Assembly: GCF_036321535.1 (NCBI RefSeq)
Contig: NC_087445.1
Coordinates: 28,644,001 to 28,708,000, forward strand
Origin: Camelus dromedarius
Taxonomy: Eukaryota
Reading direction: 5' to 3'
Length of the DNA stretch: 64,000 nucleotides
This document shows positions 1 through 11,240 of the stretch, piece by piece. The position numbers and the translations under genes are program-made. Each line of letters begins with the position of its first letter. Position 1 is the first letter of the stretch. The notes beneath the pieces are model-generated. The model ran no database searches, had not been told where the DNA came from, and was given only the letters and a program-made list of their open reading frames with translations.

Positions 1-444
1 ATTCACCAAATGAATTTCTGAGTTTATTCTCTGTGAATGGCATGTTGTCTTCTCTGTCAGAGAAGAGACAAGGATGGAGACAGGCATGCCTCCTTAAAAA
101 GAGGTTTTCTGTGAAATGTATATTTAAAAGATCTTCAGGTTTCTTTTCTCAACAAGTGGACATTAGAGAACTTACTTCCTTGTTCATGTTTTACAGATTA
201 TTCGAAAAGCCAAACAAACAAAAAAAAAGAATATACAAATAAAAAAAGAAAAGAAAAAAATTCCTGCAGAATTAGGAATCACTGAGCATGCAGACTAGCT
301 TGGGGATGTGCGAATTTTAGTATATAAGTATTTTCTCTTTTAGAACTAGAAATATCCTTAACCCTGAAGCAGAAGGCTAATAAGTGCTTGACTAACTTAC
401 TAAGAGAGGATCTGTGTGCACTGTGCAGAATCTACAAGTTCAGA

Positions 445-556
445 GGGGCCAAAGTTCAGAAGTTACTTGACCAAAATCTCATAGATACTAAATATGTTTG
501 ATTACCAAGTTTTCTGACTCCAAATCCTTTGCTCTGGTCACTACTTCATGTTGCCC
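445..556 (-). mobile_element. MIR SINE fragment
   Basis: aagttacttgaccaaaatctcatag...tctgactccaaatcctttgctct...ctacttcatgttgcc resembles the reverse complement of the MIR 5' half. Confidence 0.55.
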
Positions 557-619
557 TTTGATGCTGTTGCCAAGGACACAGTTGGGTATAAAATGACCTG
601 GAGGAGTAACAGGCTTTGA

Positions 620-642
620 TTTTTTTTTTTTTTTTTTTTTTT
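620..642. repeat. Poly(T)23 tract
   Basis: Directly visible homopolymer. Confidence 0.95.
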
Positions 643-1974
643 GGATCCCAAGTACAAGGATGGGAATGTGTAAAAAATACCTTAATGGCAGTTAGAGGGG
701 CCACTGGAATGGTTGTTTAGGGACATTTTGTCATCATCCTTAAGTTTCTCCTTAGCAAGGGTAGAAAGAGCTGTGAGTGCAAGAAAGGGTGGGATGGCAT
801 AGATTATAAGGGAAGGATGGTTGTGAAAAAGAACATGAATTAAAGTGCCCACCTTAAAGAAGACTTGGGAATCCCCAAGAGGTTGATTAAAAGAGTGCTT
901 CCTAAATGTTTTGCTGATGGAACCACAGGAAGAGAGAAGGTCAATGCTAGTCATTTCAGTCATATTGGAACTGCGTTGAGTTAGTGTTTATGTCCTCATC
1001 ACTTTCTCTTTCAAACTAATGGCTGATGGTGTTTACCAGCATCCCTCACCATCAGTCTGATAATCTAACAAGAAATAGTTCTCCTCCATTAAGAAAATTA
1101 TTCAGAGAACCTTTGATGACTATTTATGGCTTTGTACACAGTATATTTTGTGAAAATGAACAGTCCAGAGTCAGTTTTGTTTGTTCTTTTTGAATATTAT
1201 CCATTACTGGAATTGCGGAGCTAACTGGAAGGTACCAAGCCTTTTGTATATGTGGTCTTTATTTAATCTTTATTAGATAATCAGTGGCATGGTAATCCCT
1301 TTTAAGAGCTCAAATATCTTATTATAGGGAACTATCCCCTTTGCTGTACCCTACAGAGGGCCATTGTGTGAAGCAAGTGTTCATGCATTGTCTGTCTTGA
1401 ACAGCAGTTGGTGGAAGCTTTATAGGTCTTATTGTTGAGGAGGTGACTTTAAATTCTTATTTTCAGAAAAACCATCTGCAAATTAAGACTGCAGAAAGCA
1501 GCAAGAAGATCCTCACAGTTCAACTCAGTTGGACGATTCTTCATTACACTGACAATTTAATTGGGTGTAAAAAGAAATGGCAACTTAAAATCAAGGGCTT
1601 TAAGTAGGACAACCTACCAGTTTCAAAGTTAGTATTTAAAAAAAAAAATTGGCAAGATTCAGAGAAAGTGCATCTTTCGTCCTCTACTTAGTTATTTCCT
1701 ATTGAGTATTTCTTTGCTGAAATTGCTCTATCAGATGTGCCTTTGAATGGCAACTTTTGCAGAAGAGTCTGAAGTTGAAGTGAAGAAACTGATTTCACCC
1801 TTTTATACATGCATAGAGATACATATATAGAAATACTTATTTTTGAAAGTTGTTTCACTCGCTTATATTATTTCAGTGCTTCAGTGACTGTATTCTAATT
1901 CACATGACTTGGATCTTTTTGGTCCTTTTAAACAGGAATGATCTCGGCATTGCTTATCCCATGAGGGGTTGCAT

Positions 1975-2055
1975 TTGTCTCATCTATGCCTGTATCTCCA
2001 GCACCTAGACAGGAGACGTTACAATGCTGGTGATCAAATATTGATTGAAATAACA
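1975..2055 (+). mobile_element. L2 LINE 3' end fragment
   Basis: ctgtatctccagcacctagaca...caaatattgattgaaataa resembles the L2 terminus. Confidence 0.5.
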
Positions 2056-4515
2056 TGTCAGTAAAATTTACAATTTGGGATTGTCCAAGTGACATCCAAG
2101 GTTGATTTTAGCTTAGTAACAAGACTAGGAATAAATGACCTCCATATGTCAGGTTTTGCACGGGCCCTTGATGAGCAGTCCTCAGACATTTCTCCAAGAT
2201 GATACTTGGCTCCTTCTCCAAAGAAGTATGAAACCGTATCAGTTGCCTCTCAGATCTTAAGATGGTTGTCCCACAGACCAGCCTTTATCAGAGGTACTGG
2301 GTAAACATCTTCCTTCTCCTCTGTTCTTTTCCCTTCTTTCCTCTCTCTCTTTTCTTACTCCCACAAGTATTTTAGGGAATTGTCATTAGTAGTCATCAAT
2401 TTATATCTCATGACTCATGTAAATTTCATGAATTCTCAGGTGGAAATATATTTCTTCTATTAAGAGGGACCATTTTGAAAAAATATTTTGCAACAAAGTA
2501 ACAGTAGAGTCTGTGCTCTGGTGGGTGTTTGAATAAGTATCATTTTATACATTGATGGTCTCCAGTTAAAGCATTACCAGCTAAATGACTTCTAAATAAG
2601 GGCATGGCTGCGTCTGTGCCAGCTGCAGTTCTGGATGAGCTTCACGGGAGCTGGCGAAGGTAGCCTCAGCAACATAGAAGACATAATCACCCCAGCAAGA
2701 TAAATAGCACATCGAAATTGTTAGCAGATTTAGCCAGAGGAATTCAGAGCCCAGAACTCTTAAGGATGAAACTGCGTAGACTCTCTTTGATAACATCAAC
2801 AGTCTTTATGTTGCACTTGAAAAGTGGTTATAGGTATGAGATGTCCTTTGAAAATAGGGAATCTCTAGTTGAGTAGCTTTCAGTACTATCAGGTCATGCA
2901 TGTGATAGAAACAATGCACAACCTTTTGATAAGAAATGGTGAATTCCTTCTCACATTTGCTGTCTTGAATAATTCTGTTAGCCATAGACCACGGTTTAGT
3001 ATCTCATCTACATTTATCATTCTTTATTCAGTCATCCATAGAATCTGAGGTAAGGGATCACTGTGTTCAATTTTGAGATGCTCCATTCTTTACCATATTG
3101 GCTTTAAAATTCTGTGAAGAGATGGTTGCTGTCAAACTCCTCAGGCAAAGTATTAAATATTAAGTACAAAATGATGTTATGAAGACCATGTATTTGATGA
3201 AATTTTAAAAGTGAAATTTTTACCTAGCTTATCTGCCAGGTTACAGTTTCAAAAGTCTCCTCACATCTCAGCACTTCTGTAAGTTTGGTGGGGACACTGT
3301 TGTCTTTGTGACAAGTTCATTGTTCTATTGCAATTCGATTGATGTACATTTATGGTCCAGTACCTAAGGTAACCCTAATTTCTAACATGATTAGGAAATT
3401 CACATAGGATGTTTGAAGGTAAAGCGGATTATAGTATGTCACTACTAGATCAATAATTTATTCCTATACCATTGAAGTTGCTTGAGTAAATGTTCTTCAT
3501 AAAATATCATTATTCATAACCTTCTCTTTAAAGTTTGGGGAGACTGTATGAACAGCAGAAAATGAATTGTTTGAAATGGTACTAATTCAGTCAAGATTAT
3601 TTTCTCCGTGGAGGTATGAGCAAGACTGTGAAGGTAACAGAGTACCTTCCATACACTGATATTTTATTGAAGCTGTAATGTGTATTGATTCCATGTTGAA
3701 AACTGTGGGCAAGTCTCCTTAAAATGAGGTCAAGAAGCAAAAATCATTATTTTCCGATAGGAACATATTTATTATTTGAGGCAAGCATTTTCTTTTCAAA
3801 GTGATTTTTTTTAATGCTAAATCATTTTTTTCTCCCCCAAATTTATGTTATAATAAAGCTGTTAAGTAGAAGAGAGAAAAAGACACGGACTGTATGTAGT
3901 TGTCATGCTAGATTTTTAGTGTAGGAAATTGACCTAAAATGGTCTTAGTATTATTAGTGTTACCTCTGAAGCTGGCCTGTTAAGCAACTTGGAATAATGC
4001 TGATGAAAACATGTAACAAACTTTACAAATAAAGGAGTGTTTGTTGTTTTTTTTTTCCCCAAAGCAGCAGGAAAGACCCTTGTCTGTATCTAAGGGGATA
4101 AATGAAATGAAAATGGGCCTAATCTGAACAGCTCTTTTCTTCATTATTGAGTAGGAGTGGGAGCTTACTTTCCCAGAGTGAACAAACTTGATTTTACATG
4201 AGTACTCAGTGTACTTTGCCCTCCTTGAAAAATGCGGGCCATAAGGTTTAATTGCATGCTCATCAAGCAAACAGACTTGGAGGTATATTCTCTGAGCTGT
4301 GGGCTCCCACAGCTCCTATTAATGCTAATAGTAGTTACACATGTGTATTGAGGAGAGCATAATGCAGCCTTTGAAGTCAGAGTTGCTAATTGAGTGTTTT
4401 CTTCAGCTGGACTCAGCTTCAGTGGCTAAGCTGAGTTAGAGTGGTCTAAAATGTCATTCTCCATAAAGCCTTCTGGATATTATCAAAGCAGACAGGCTGT
4501 GAAAGAGGCAGCTTT

Positions 4516-4539
4516 AAAAAAAAAAAAAAAAAAAAAAAA
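4516..4539. repeat. Poly(A)24 tract
   Basis: Directly visible homopolymer. Confidence 0.95.
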
Positions 4540-5009
4540 GTCTTTATCTTCCCCAAATGGAGAAAGAATTAGCAGGTCACACGAAAAAAGGAGCAAAAAA
4601 GTCTCAAGAATGGACACTGCTTTCCCCTAAAGGGACTTGAGCTGGTTCAGAAAGAGAAAAGCCCTTTCCTTTGGGGTAGTTGCCTATCTGTGTGGGTTCT
4701 GTTTGAAGCAGGACTGCTAAGGACTGAATACAGTGCAGCTCTGCCTTGCACTTCGGCCAGCAGACAGGTAGAGGAAGTACTTGTCCCTATAAGTGATTGA
4801 ATGAATGTCGTGACATCCTAGATGCCCATGATCCCAAGTTTCCAAGTGCCCTATTTCCCTTCTTTTCCATTGCCTAAACTCCTTTGCGGCAGTAATCTTT
4901 GTAAGGATAAGGGCACATGGTAAAATTCTACATTATAGACTTCTGTTTACAAAAGGAGAATAGAATTGACTTGCTCTTAGAAGAGTATTTAAGTGATTAT
5001 CTTCTCTGG

Positions 5010-5300
5010 TAGTTGATTCTCATTATTCATGGGTTCTATATTTATGAATTCACCTACTTGTTAAAGTTTATTTGTAACCCCCAAATCAGTACTCACGGCA
5101 TTTGCATGGTTATTTCACAGAGTGGTCAAAAATTCGTGTCACCCAACACATGTGTTCCCAGCTGAGGTCAAATAAGGTGACCAGTTCATGCAGTTGTTGT
5201 AATGACAATAAGAAGTTCAGCTATTTGATAAACTTATGACCAAGTGTAGTTTTACTCATAGTAAGAGACTGCTCTGCCTCTATTCAGTCTGATAAGACAC
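5010..5300 (+). mobile_element. TcMar-Tigger DNA transposon left end (subfamily uncertain, Tigger6-like)
   Basis: TIR-like agttgattctcattattc, then atttgtaacccccaaatcagtactc and gttcccagctgaggtcaaataaggtgac...gctctgcc as recalled from a Tigger consensus. Confidence 0.7.
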
Positions 5301-6699
5301 CACACAGGTTAATAATGGATGCTGTGAGGAATGCCAAAACAAAACTGTGGCTGGATCAGTGTAATGCCATTGCTACTTTCTGGAAACAACTTAAATTGCA
5401 GTTACTAATGATGGATTAATTCATGGCATGTTTATGTCTGAAGGGCTGTATATTAAAGATAATAATATAGTATCGAAAACTAAAGAGGAGCTCATAGTCT
5501 GGTTAATTGCCTTCCAGATTTACCAAACTCTGAAGGGCTTCTCTTTTACTGTGTCTTAGAGAAAAGGAAAAAAAAAAAAAAAGTCCAAGAATAACTATGT
5601 TCTTCTTTGAATAGGAATTGTTTCAAAGAAGACAGATTATTAACTTCAGGAAGTTCTTACAGAAAAGACAGTTGGGCTGAGAATGTAGAAATGTAATTCT
5701 TCTGGTCCCTGAGGGGCTTAAGGAAAATAACTAAACCAGTTATGAAGTTGGTGCTTGCCTCTGTGGACTGTCATTCAGGAGAGGGATGAGACTCTTTCTG
5801 TGTTAGCTCTGACAGCCCAATGAGGTTCAGAAGGTGGCAGATTTTTGGATTGGTCCCAGGAAGAACTCTGGAATGATATCAGCTTCCTGAGAATCACCGG
5901 GGCAAATTTAGGAGCTAGAGGTGAGCAATCATTATCTGCGGGTCCTGGAGAGGCAGAGTACGCAAACATTGGATAGAAGGCACAGACTGATGGTGTCAGA
6001 AATGATGTGATACTATAATATATTAATCTGCCTTTATTCCCACTTAAATTTATTTTTAATTTTAAAAAAGTCACTAGAGGAATAGTCTCTCGCTATTTCT
6101 AAGTGGGTTTGAAGTACCCTGTTCCCCAGAGTGAAGGCTTGTACAATATTGTGTTGTTGACATCCTTAGCATTAGTGTCAGGGTTAGTGTCCATCCCTTT
6201 CTCTTTCTGCTCTCTTCCTTTGCAGATATGGATGAGGCCACTGAGAAAAAATGCAACTTGTCCTTTAAAATATTCCTGCATAACTTTGTCTTAATGTGTT
6301 TGTAAGTTTTACATTTGTTACTTGGTCTTTTCCAAAGTCAAGTGTGATGAATACCTGTTAAATGGTGGGTGTAATAGAGAACTAAAATTCCCCCTCCCAC
6401 AGACAAGCTATAAATAAGATATAAGCCCTTTATTAATGATTAAATCTTAGGTTTATATTATTGAGTTGTAGAGTAGTGAATATAAACATGAACACTTAGC
6501 TATTGATGTGGTATTAATAATTATCCTCATCTTGTAAATTTCAATATCTAATAATATCTAATACTCTGCAGTAAGTCTTATCAGTGCTGTAGCTAATCAC
6601 AGAACAATTCATAATTCAAAGTCATTTATTCTAATTTTAAGTAATCACACCTGAGATAATTGTTAAACCATGCAGAGTCTTTCATAGAAGATAATGCAA

Positions 6700-7210
6700 A
6701 ATTTCCTTATTTTAATATATTCCTTTTTACTTTTGAAATGTGCATAAATGATACATAAATGCATTCTCTTTGAAAATACTTCAAACCATGTAAAACCAAA
6801 ACAATGAAAGATGCTCTCCATCACCTCATTCCTCAGAAGTGGCACTTTGCTCTGTGTCTTTCTAAATCTTTTTCAGTACTCTGTAGTTGAATAGCTGTGG
6901 AACTCACACATATGGTTTTATAGTTTAAAGCTTGTTTTGCTTTAACCAATAGAATCATATTATATGGATAGTTCTGCAGTGTGGGTTTATTTTTACAGAA
7001 CAATATCTTGCTTGTGTTTCCATGTCAGAACATACGGATACCACTCTGAGGCTACGTTGTAATCTGTTGTATAATGCACTATAGTTTATTTTATTGTTAC
7101 TGAATGTTGCATACAATGCTAATACAGAGCGTACTACAAACACCTTTAAAAGATGCCTTTTGAATGTACATGGTAAAATTGTTTTGGGATTGTCAACTGG
7201 AAGCAGATTT
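6700..7210 (-). mobile_element. Old L1 (L1ME-like) 3' UTR remnant
   Basis: aatagaatcatattatatggatagttctgcag...tttccatgtcagaacatacggata resembles antisense L1M 3' UTR. Confidence 0.6.
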
Positions 7211-7994
7211 AGTTTCATTTAAACTAATATCAGTATGGAGCCAGAGGTAGATTATACATACAGACTTATCAAATGAAAACTACTGTTTATCAATTCATGT
7301 CACCAAAGTCATCTGAAATATAATATATTGCAGACATTATTTCATAGTCTGAGTTACATATTCATACATTTATATATTCTTAAAAAGTTGTTTTATTGAA
7401 TATTTTTTACATTTACTCAGGATTCACTTTACCACTTGTTGCCTGATGCACTTTTAACCAGAACTTTTTCTTGGTGTTGGGTGTTTTTTTTAAAGTAATT
7501 TTTCAGGAGAGTTACCTTTATAGACATTGTGTAGATGTTTCTGGTGAGAGAGAGAAAAGATACATGTAACTAAAATTCACTTCTATAATAAATCCTAATC
7601 CAACAGAGATTTTAAGGATGGAGAAAGCATTTAGAGTCATCATTAAGCACTTTTTTTTTAACCACTGGTACCTCCTTGTAGAGAGCTGTTTTCCCTTATG
7701 TCAGTCACTCTTACAAAAACAGCACTGTGTAATAGACATAGAAACTCACAAAGACACTTAAATACCTAAAAGGTAATAAAACAGCAAATGTTAAACCTTT
7801 AAAATTAATAAATTGGTACAAAGTTTAAATGCCATTGGTTTGTGCATATGATGATTCCCAAACAGAGTCATGGCTGCAGCATTCAGTTCAGACAGTGTAA
7901 TAGCAAAGATAGGTAAGTACATACTTGATTTGGGACCAAGGCATATTGTCACTTGTCAGGCTGATTTGAATAGATGGGGCCACTTGTCCCCTCT

Positions 7995-8070
7995 AGCAGC
8001 ATCTCAGATTAGAATCCAGTGAAGGTGAAGCTTTCAGAAAATTAGCCCAGGTGATTCTCAGAATAAATGA
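7995..8070. mobile_element. MER5-like hAT-Charlie fragment
   Basis: agaatccagtgaaggtg...cccaggtgattct, a MER5A hallmark motif. Confidence 0.4.
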
Positions 8071-10089
8071 ACCAGGCTTTGATTTCCTAACAAACGCGTT
8101 TCTTAGTATCAATTCATTTGGCACCCAGCCATGGTGTTGGGGACGAGCATGCAGTTGGCAGATGCTGGCTGTATGCACCTCTCAGTAATTTCCACACTAT
8201 CCTAGGTTGGTATCAGTTGGAAGAAGTACAGCATGAGGACCTGATTGTGATGCTTTTGGCAAATAGAAGTGACTGTGGCACTGATTCTTTATAGCTTCCT
8301 CGTGGGGCAGGCTTGCCTGGGTTAGCCATTGTCTCTGGTAACCTGCCAAATGCTCCTTAGAGGATTGTATTGTGGACACAGAATTTACTTCGTTTTCCTT
8401 CTAAGAGGAAGCTCCTGGCCTGCTGGCCTGGAGGTGTGGAGCCACACTTTGTCATGGTGAGAGAGTTTATGGGGAGAACCATCTCCCTTCTTGTGTGTCT
8501 TGGGATCTGCAGAATGCGGGAACGTAGAGAAAGGTGGAGAAGAGTACCACTTGTCCTTGCAGGTTCCACCAGCAGAAGTGCCCCAGAAGAAGTTTTCATT
8601 CTCTTCCCTTCTCAACAGGCTTCCCTCTCAGATACTGCATTCGGATTTTAGTCTTGTCCCTCTGTTGTCCAGGTGGGAAGCTTCTGGATTTCCCTTGACT
8701 TACTCCTCTGTCTTGCCTCTCCTGACCTCTGCAGTCCCACATCAGAACGTTACACAGTCACCCTTGTTTTTCCCCATGTCTTTCCATTTGCTACCAATAC
8801 CTTAATTGAGCAGTTTCCTTCTTCCTATTGCATTAGCTTTTCTCATGATCTATCCACAGTCTTTCTCCTGCCCCCTCACTTATCACAGTTACTGCTTCCT
8901 CTGATCCTAGACTCAAATTCATACACTAAACTTGGCATTAAGAAAAAAAAAAAAGCATGTTCTTTAGTGTTCTTTGAAGTCACACGGCAAAACATACAAA
9001 ATGACTACATTAGAACATGAAATACAAATATGTTTACTGGGTGAATTATATAAAGGAAACACATTTAATAATTTAGATACAAAAAGGACTAGTTAACATT
9101 GTTAAAGCCCAATCTTGCTGAAATTTACAGTGGAATACTGTGTTCTATCTCTTTTTTTCTCTTTCACCCTCTTCGTGTGCTACTCATCCACATCACCTTC
9201 ACCTTCTGTTGATTACTTTATAAAAATAACATATGCAGGTGGCAAGTCCTGCCAGTATTGGTGATAATAATAATAATTTAAAAATTCAGTCACTTGGATA
9301 GAGACAGGCTAGTTTTAGCTTTTGGCTTTTTTCTTTGAATCGAATGATCAGCTTTTTTCCCCTTATGCTATAGGGGTTGTATTATCAAAAAGAAAACAGC
9401 TTTTGGTGGAGGAAAAGATAAGGAATTATGTTGATTTTACTTACTATAAGCAGTGTAGTCTTTCAAGTATTTTACTTGTTCCATGAGACATTTGAATGTC
9501 CCAGTAGCTATATTAAAGAAAAAAGAATAAACCATGAATTTAGGTTGAAAGACTCATATTTCAACTTTAAAATATAAAACCATCGTGAACATTGATGTGG
9601 AAAAATTTAAGGTAATTACCTAGGTTTAGGAAAACTTCCATTCAGAATGGTAACAGTTGGCAAATAGAGTTCTTTTTCAGGGCTTGTTTTTATTCACCCC
9701 CTCCATCTAAACTAGATCACTTCGTTTGTATAGTTCAGTAAAATGTTCAATGGAAAGTTTTTTTAGAAATTAGAAAATAAAGCTCTTCTAAAAACTATGT
9801 AAAATAATGGTACAACTAGACTGAATGGAGTAATGTTCAGGTGGCTTAAAATAGTGAAGGAAGGCAAGAAGTGTGCCAAAGCAGTGGCTTGTCACGGGGC
9901 TACTGCATTGAAAACTTACGAGGAATGCCTTTAAATGTTGTTCTGTGATGTTTAACATAGCCACTTCTTGTATGACACACGGTGCTGTTTTACTGTGCAT
10001 ATTAAGTGGTTCAGTTTTCATTTTGCCTAACAGTAGTGGAAAGAGGAAAGCACTATCCCACCCTTGGTCGCTTGGATTCCGACCTCTGT

Positions 10090-10160
10090 AGGAGACCATG
10101 TGGTGTGGACAGGACACTGGTCTGGGCATCAGGATCCTGTCCTAGCATCAACGGTAAATG
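10090..10160 (+). mobile_element. MIR head fragment
   Basis: catgtggtgtggacaggacactggtctgggcatcagga resembles the MIR tRNA-derived head. Confidence 0.35.
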
Positions 10161-10219
10161 GCAAATGATGTTAACCAAACCAATGTTTCAGGTGTTTTTC
10201 CTCTGAGGACTGAAATTGA

Positions 10220-10375
10220 TAATAATAGACCATTTATTGTGTGCTTGCTGTCTACCATACAGTATATTAAGCACTCTACAAAAAATATCTCTTGCTTTTT
10301 ATAGCAATACTGTTTAGTATTTTTTTTTCCTTAATAGAGACTAAGGTTCAGAAAGTTCACTGTCCACACAACTAA
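10220..10375 (-). mobile_element. MIR SINE
   Basis: aataatagaccatttattgtgtgcttgc...gagactaaggttcagaaagtt resembles the antisense MIR tail and core. Confidence 0.65.
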
Positions 10376-10489
10376 TAATAATAATAATAACTAACAAAAA
10401 TAATAGGATTCCAAAAACTGTGCTACTGTGCTAAAATACTTAAAATGCATATTCTCCCACTTATAAGTCACTTTTTTCTACGTCTGAGC

Positions 10490-10630
10490 CCATTTAATCT
10501 AAGTACTACTCCTGATGGGTAGGTAGAGAATGTTTCCTCTCATTTTACTAATGAGCCTGAGGTAAACTGAGACTTACTTAGCTCATCTCACAATCAGAGC
10601 TGAATATAAAGCTAAGCTTGTCTTATTCAA
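10490..10630 (-). mobile_element. MIR SINE
   Basis: cccatttaatct...gggtaggtag...ctcattttactaatgagcctgagg resembles the antisense MIR core. Confidence 0.5.
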
Positions 10631-11039
10631 CATTTGTATTGACATTTTCGATGTGGGAAATACCCTGAAACATTTTTTTCTGTACATTATCTGTACAAGG
10701 AAGGAATAGGTATGGTTCAAAGAGAGAAAATGTCAAGTGATTAGGAGAAAAATATAAGACATTCAAGGGTGCCTTTTATTTCTATGAATTATTGGCAAAC
10801 CATTTACTATAGGGTTATTTAGTACTCTCAGCCTTAAAGGTTTCTTAGTAAAATAGAATTAAAGAGTGATGATCACAATTGGATTGTTTTGTTAACTTAA
10901 TGTTTCTGTTTAATTTTACTTTTTAAATGCCACGTTCTATGAGGGATGCCACGCTGCTCACATCATGTCGATTCTGTGTCTTTGTGGTCAGAGACTTTCA
11001 TACAATAATGAGAGCTTTCATGCGCGCTTTGAGAATCCA

Positions 11040-11240
11040 CTTTGTTTCAGGCATCATATTACATGTATGTCACGTATTAGCTCAGTTTATCCCTATGGTA
11101 AGTCTTTGGGTTGGGTCATATTTCCCACAATTTACAGATGCAGAAATTAAAATAAGAGGTAATGCCCAAAACCACAGTGTGGAGCAGAGCCTGACCTTGA
11201 ACAAACTCAGATTTCAGAGCCCATGTCCTTCCCTGTACTA
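11040..11240 (-). mobile_element. MIR SINE
   Basis: tttacagatgcagaaattaaaataagaggtaatgcccaaaaccacag...tcagatttcagagcccatg resembles the antisense MIR core. Confidence 0.7.

Noticed and set aside
1021-1057. 9-11 bp stem ctgatggtg/caccatcag
   Set aside because: 15-nt loop; several such stems are expected by chance in 64 kb.
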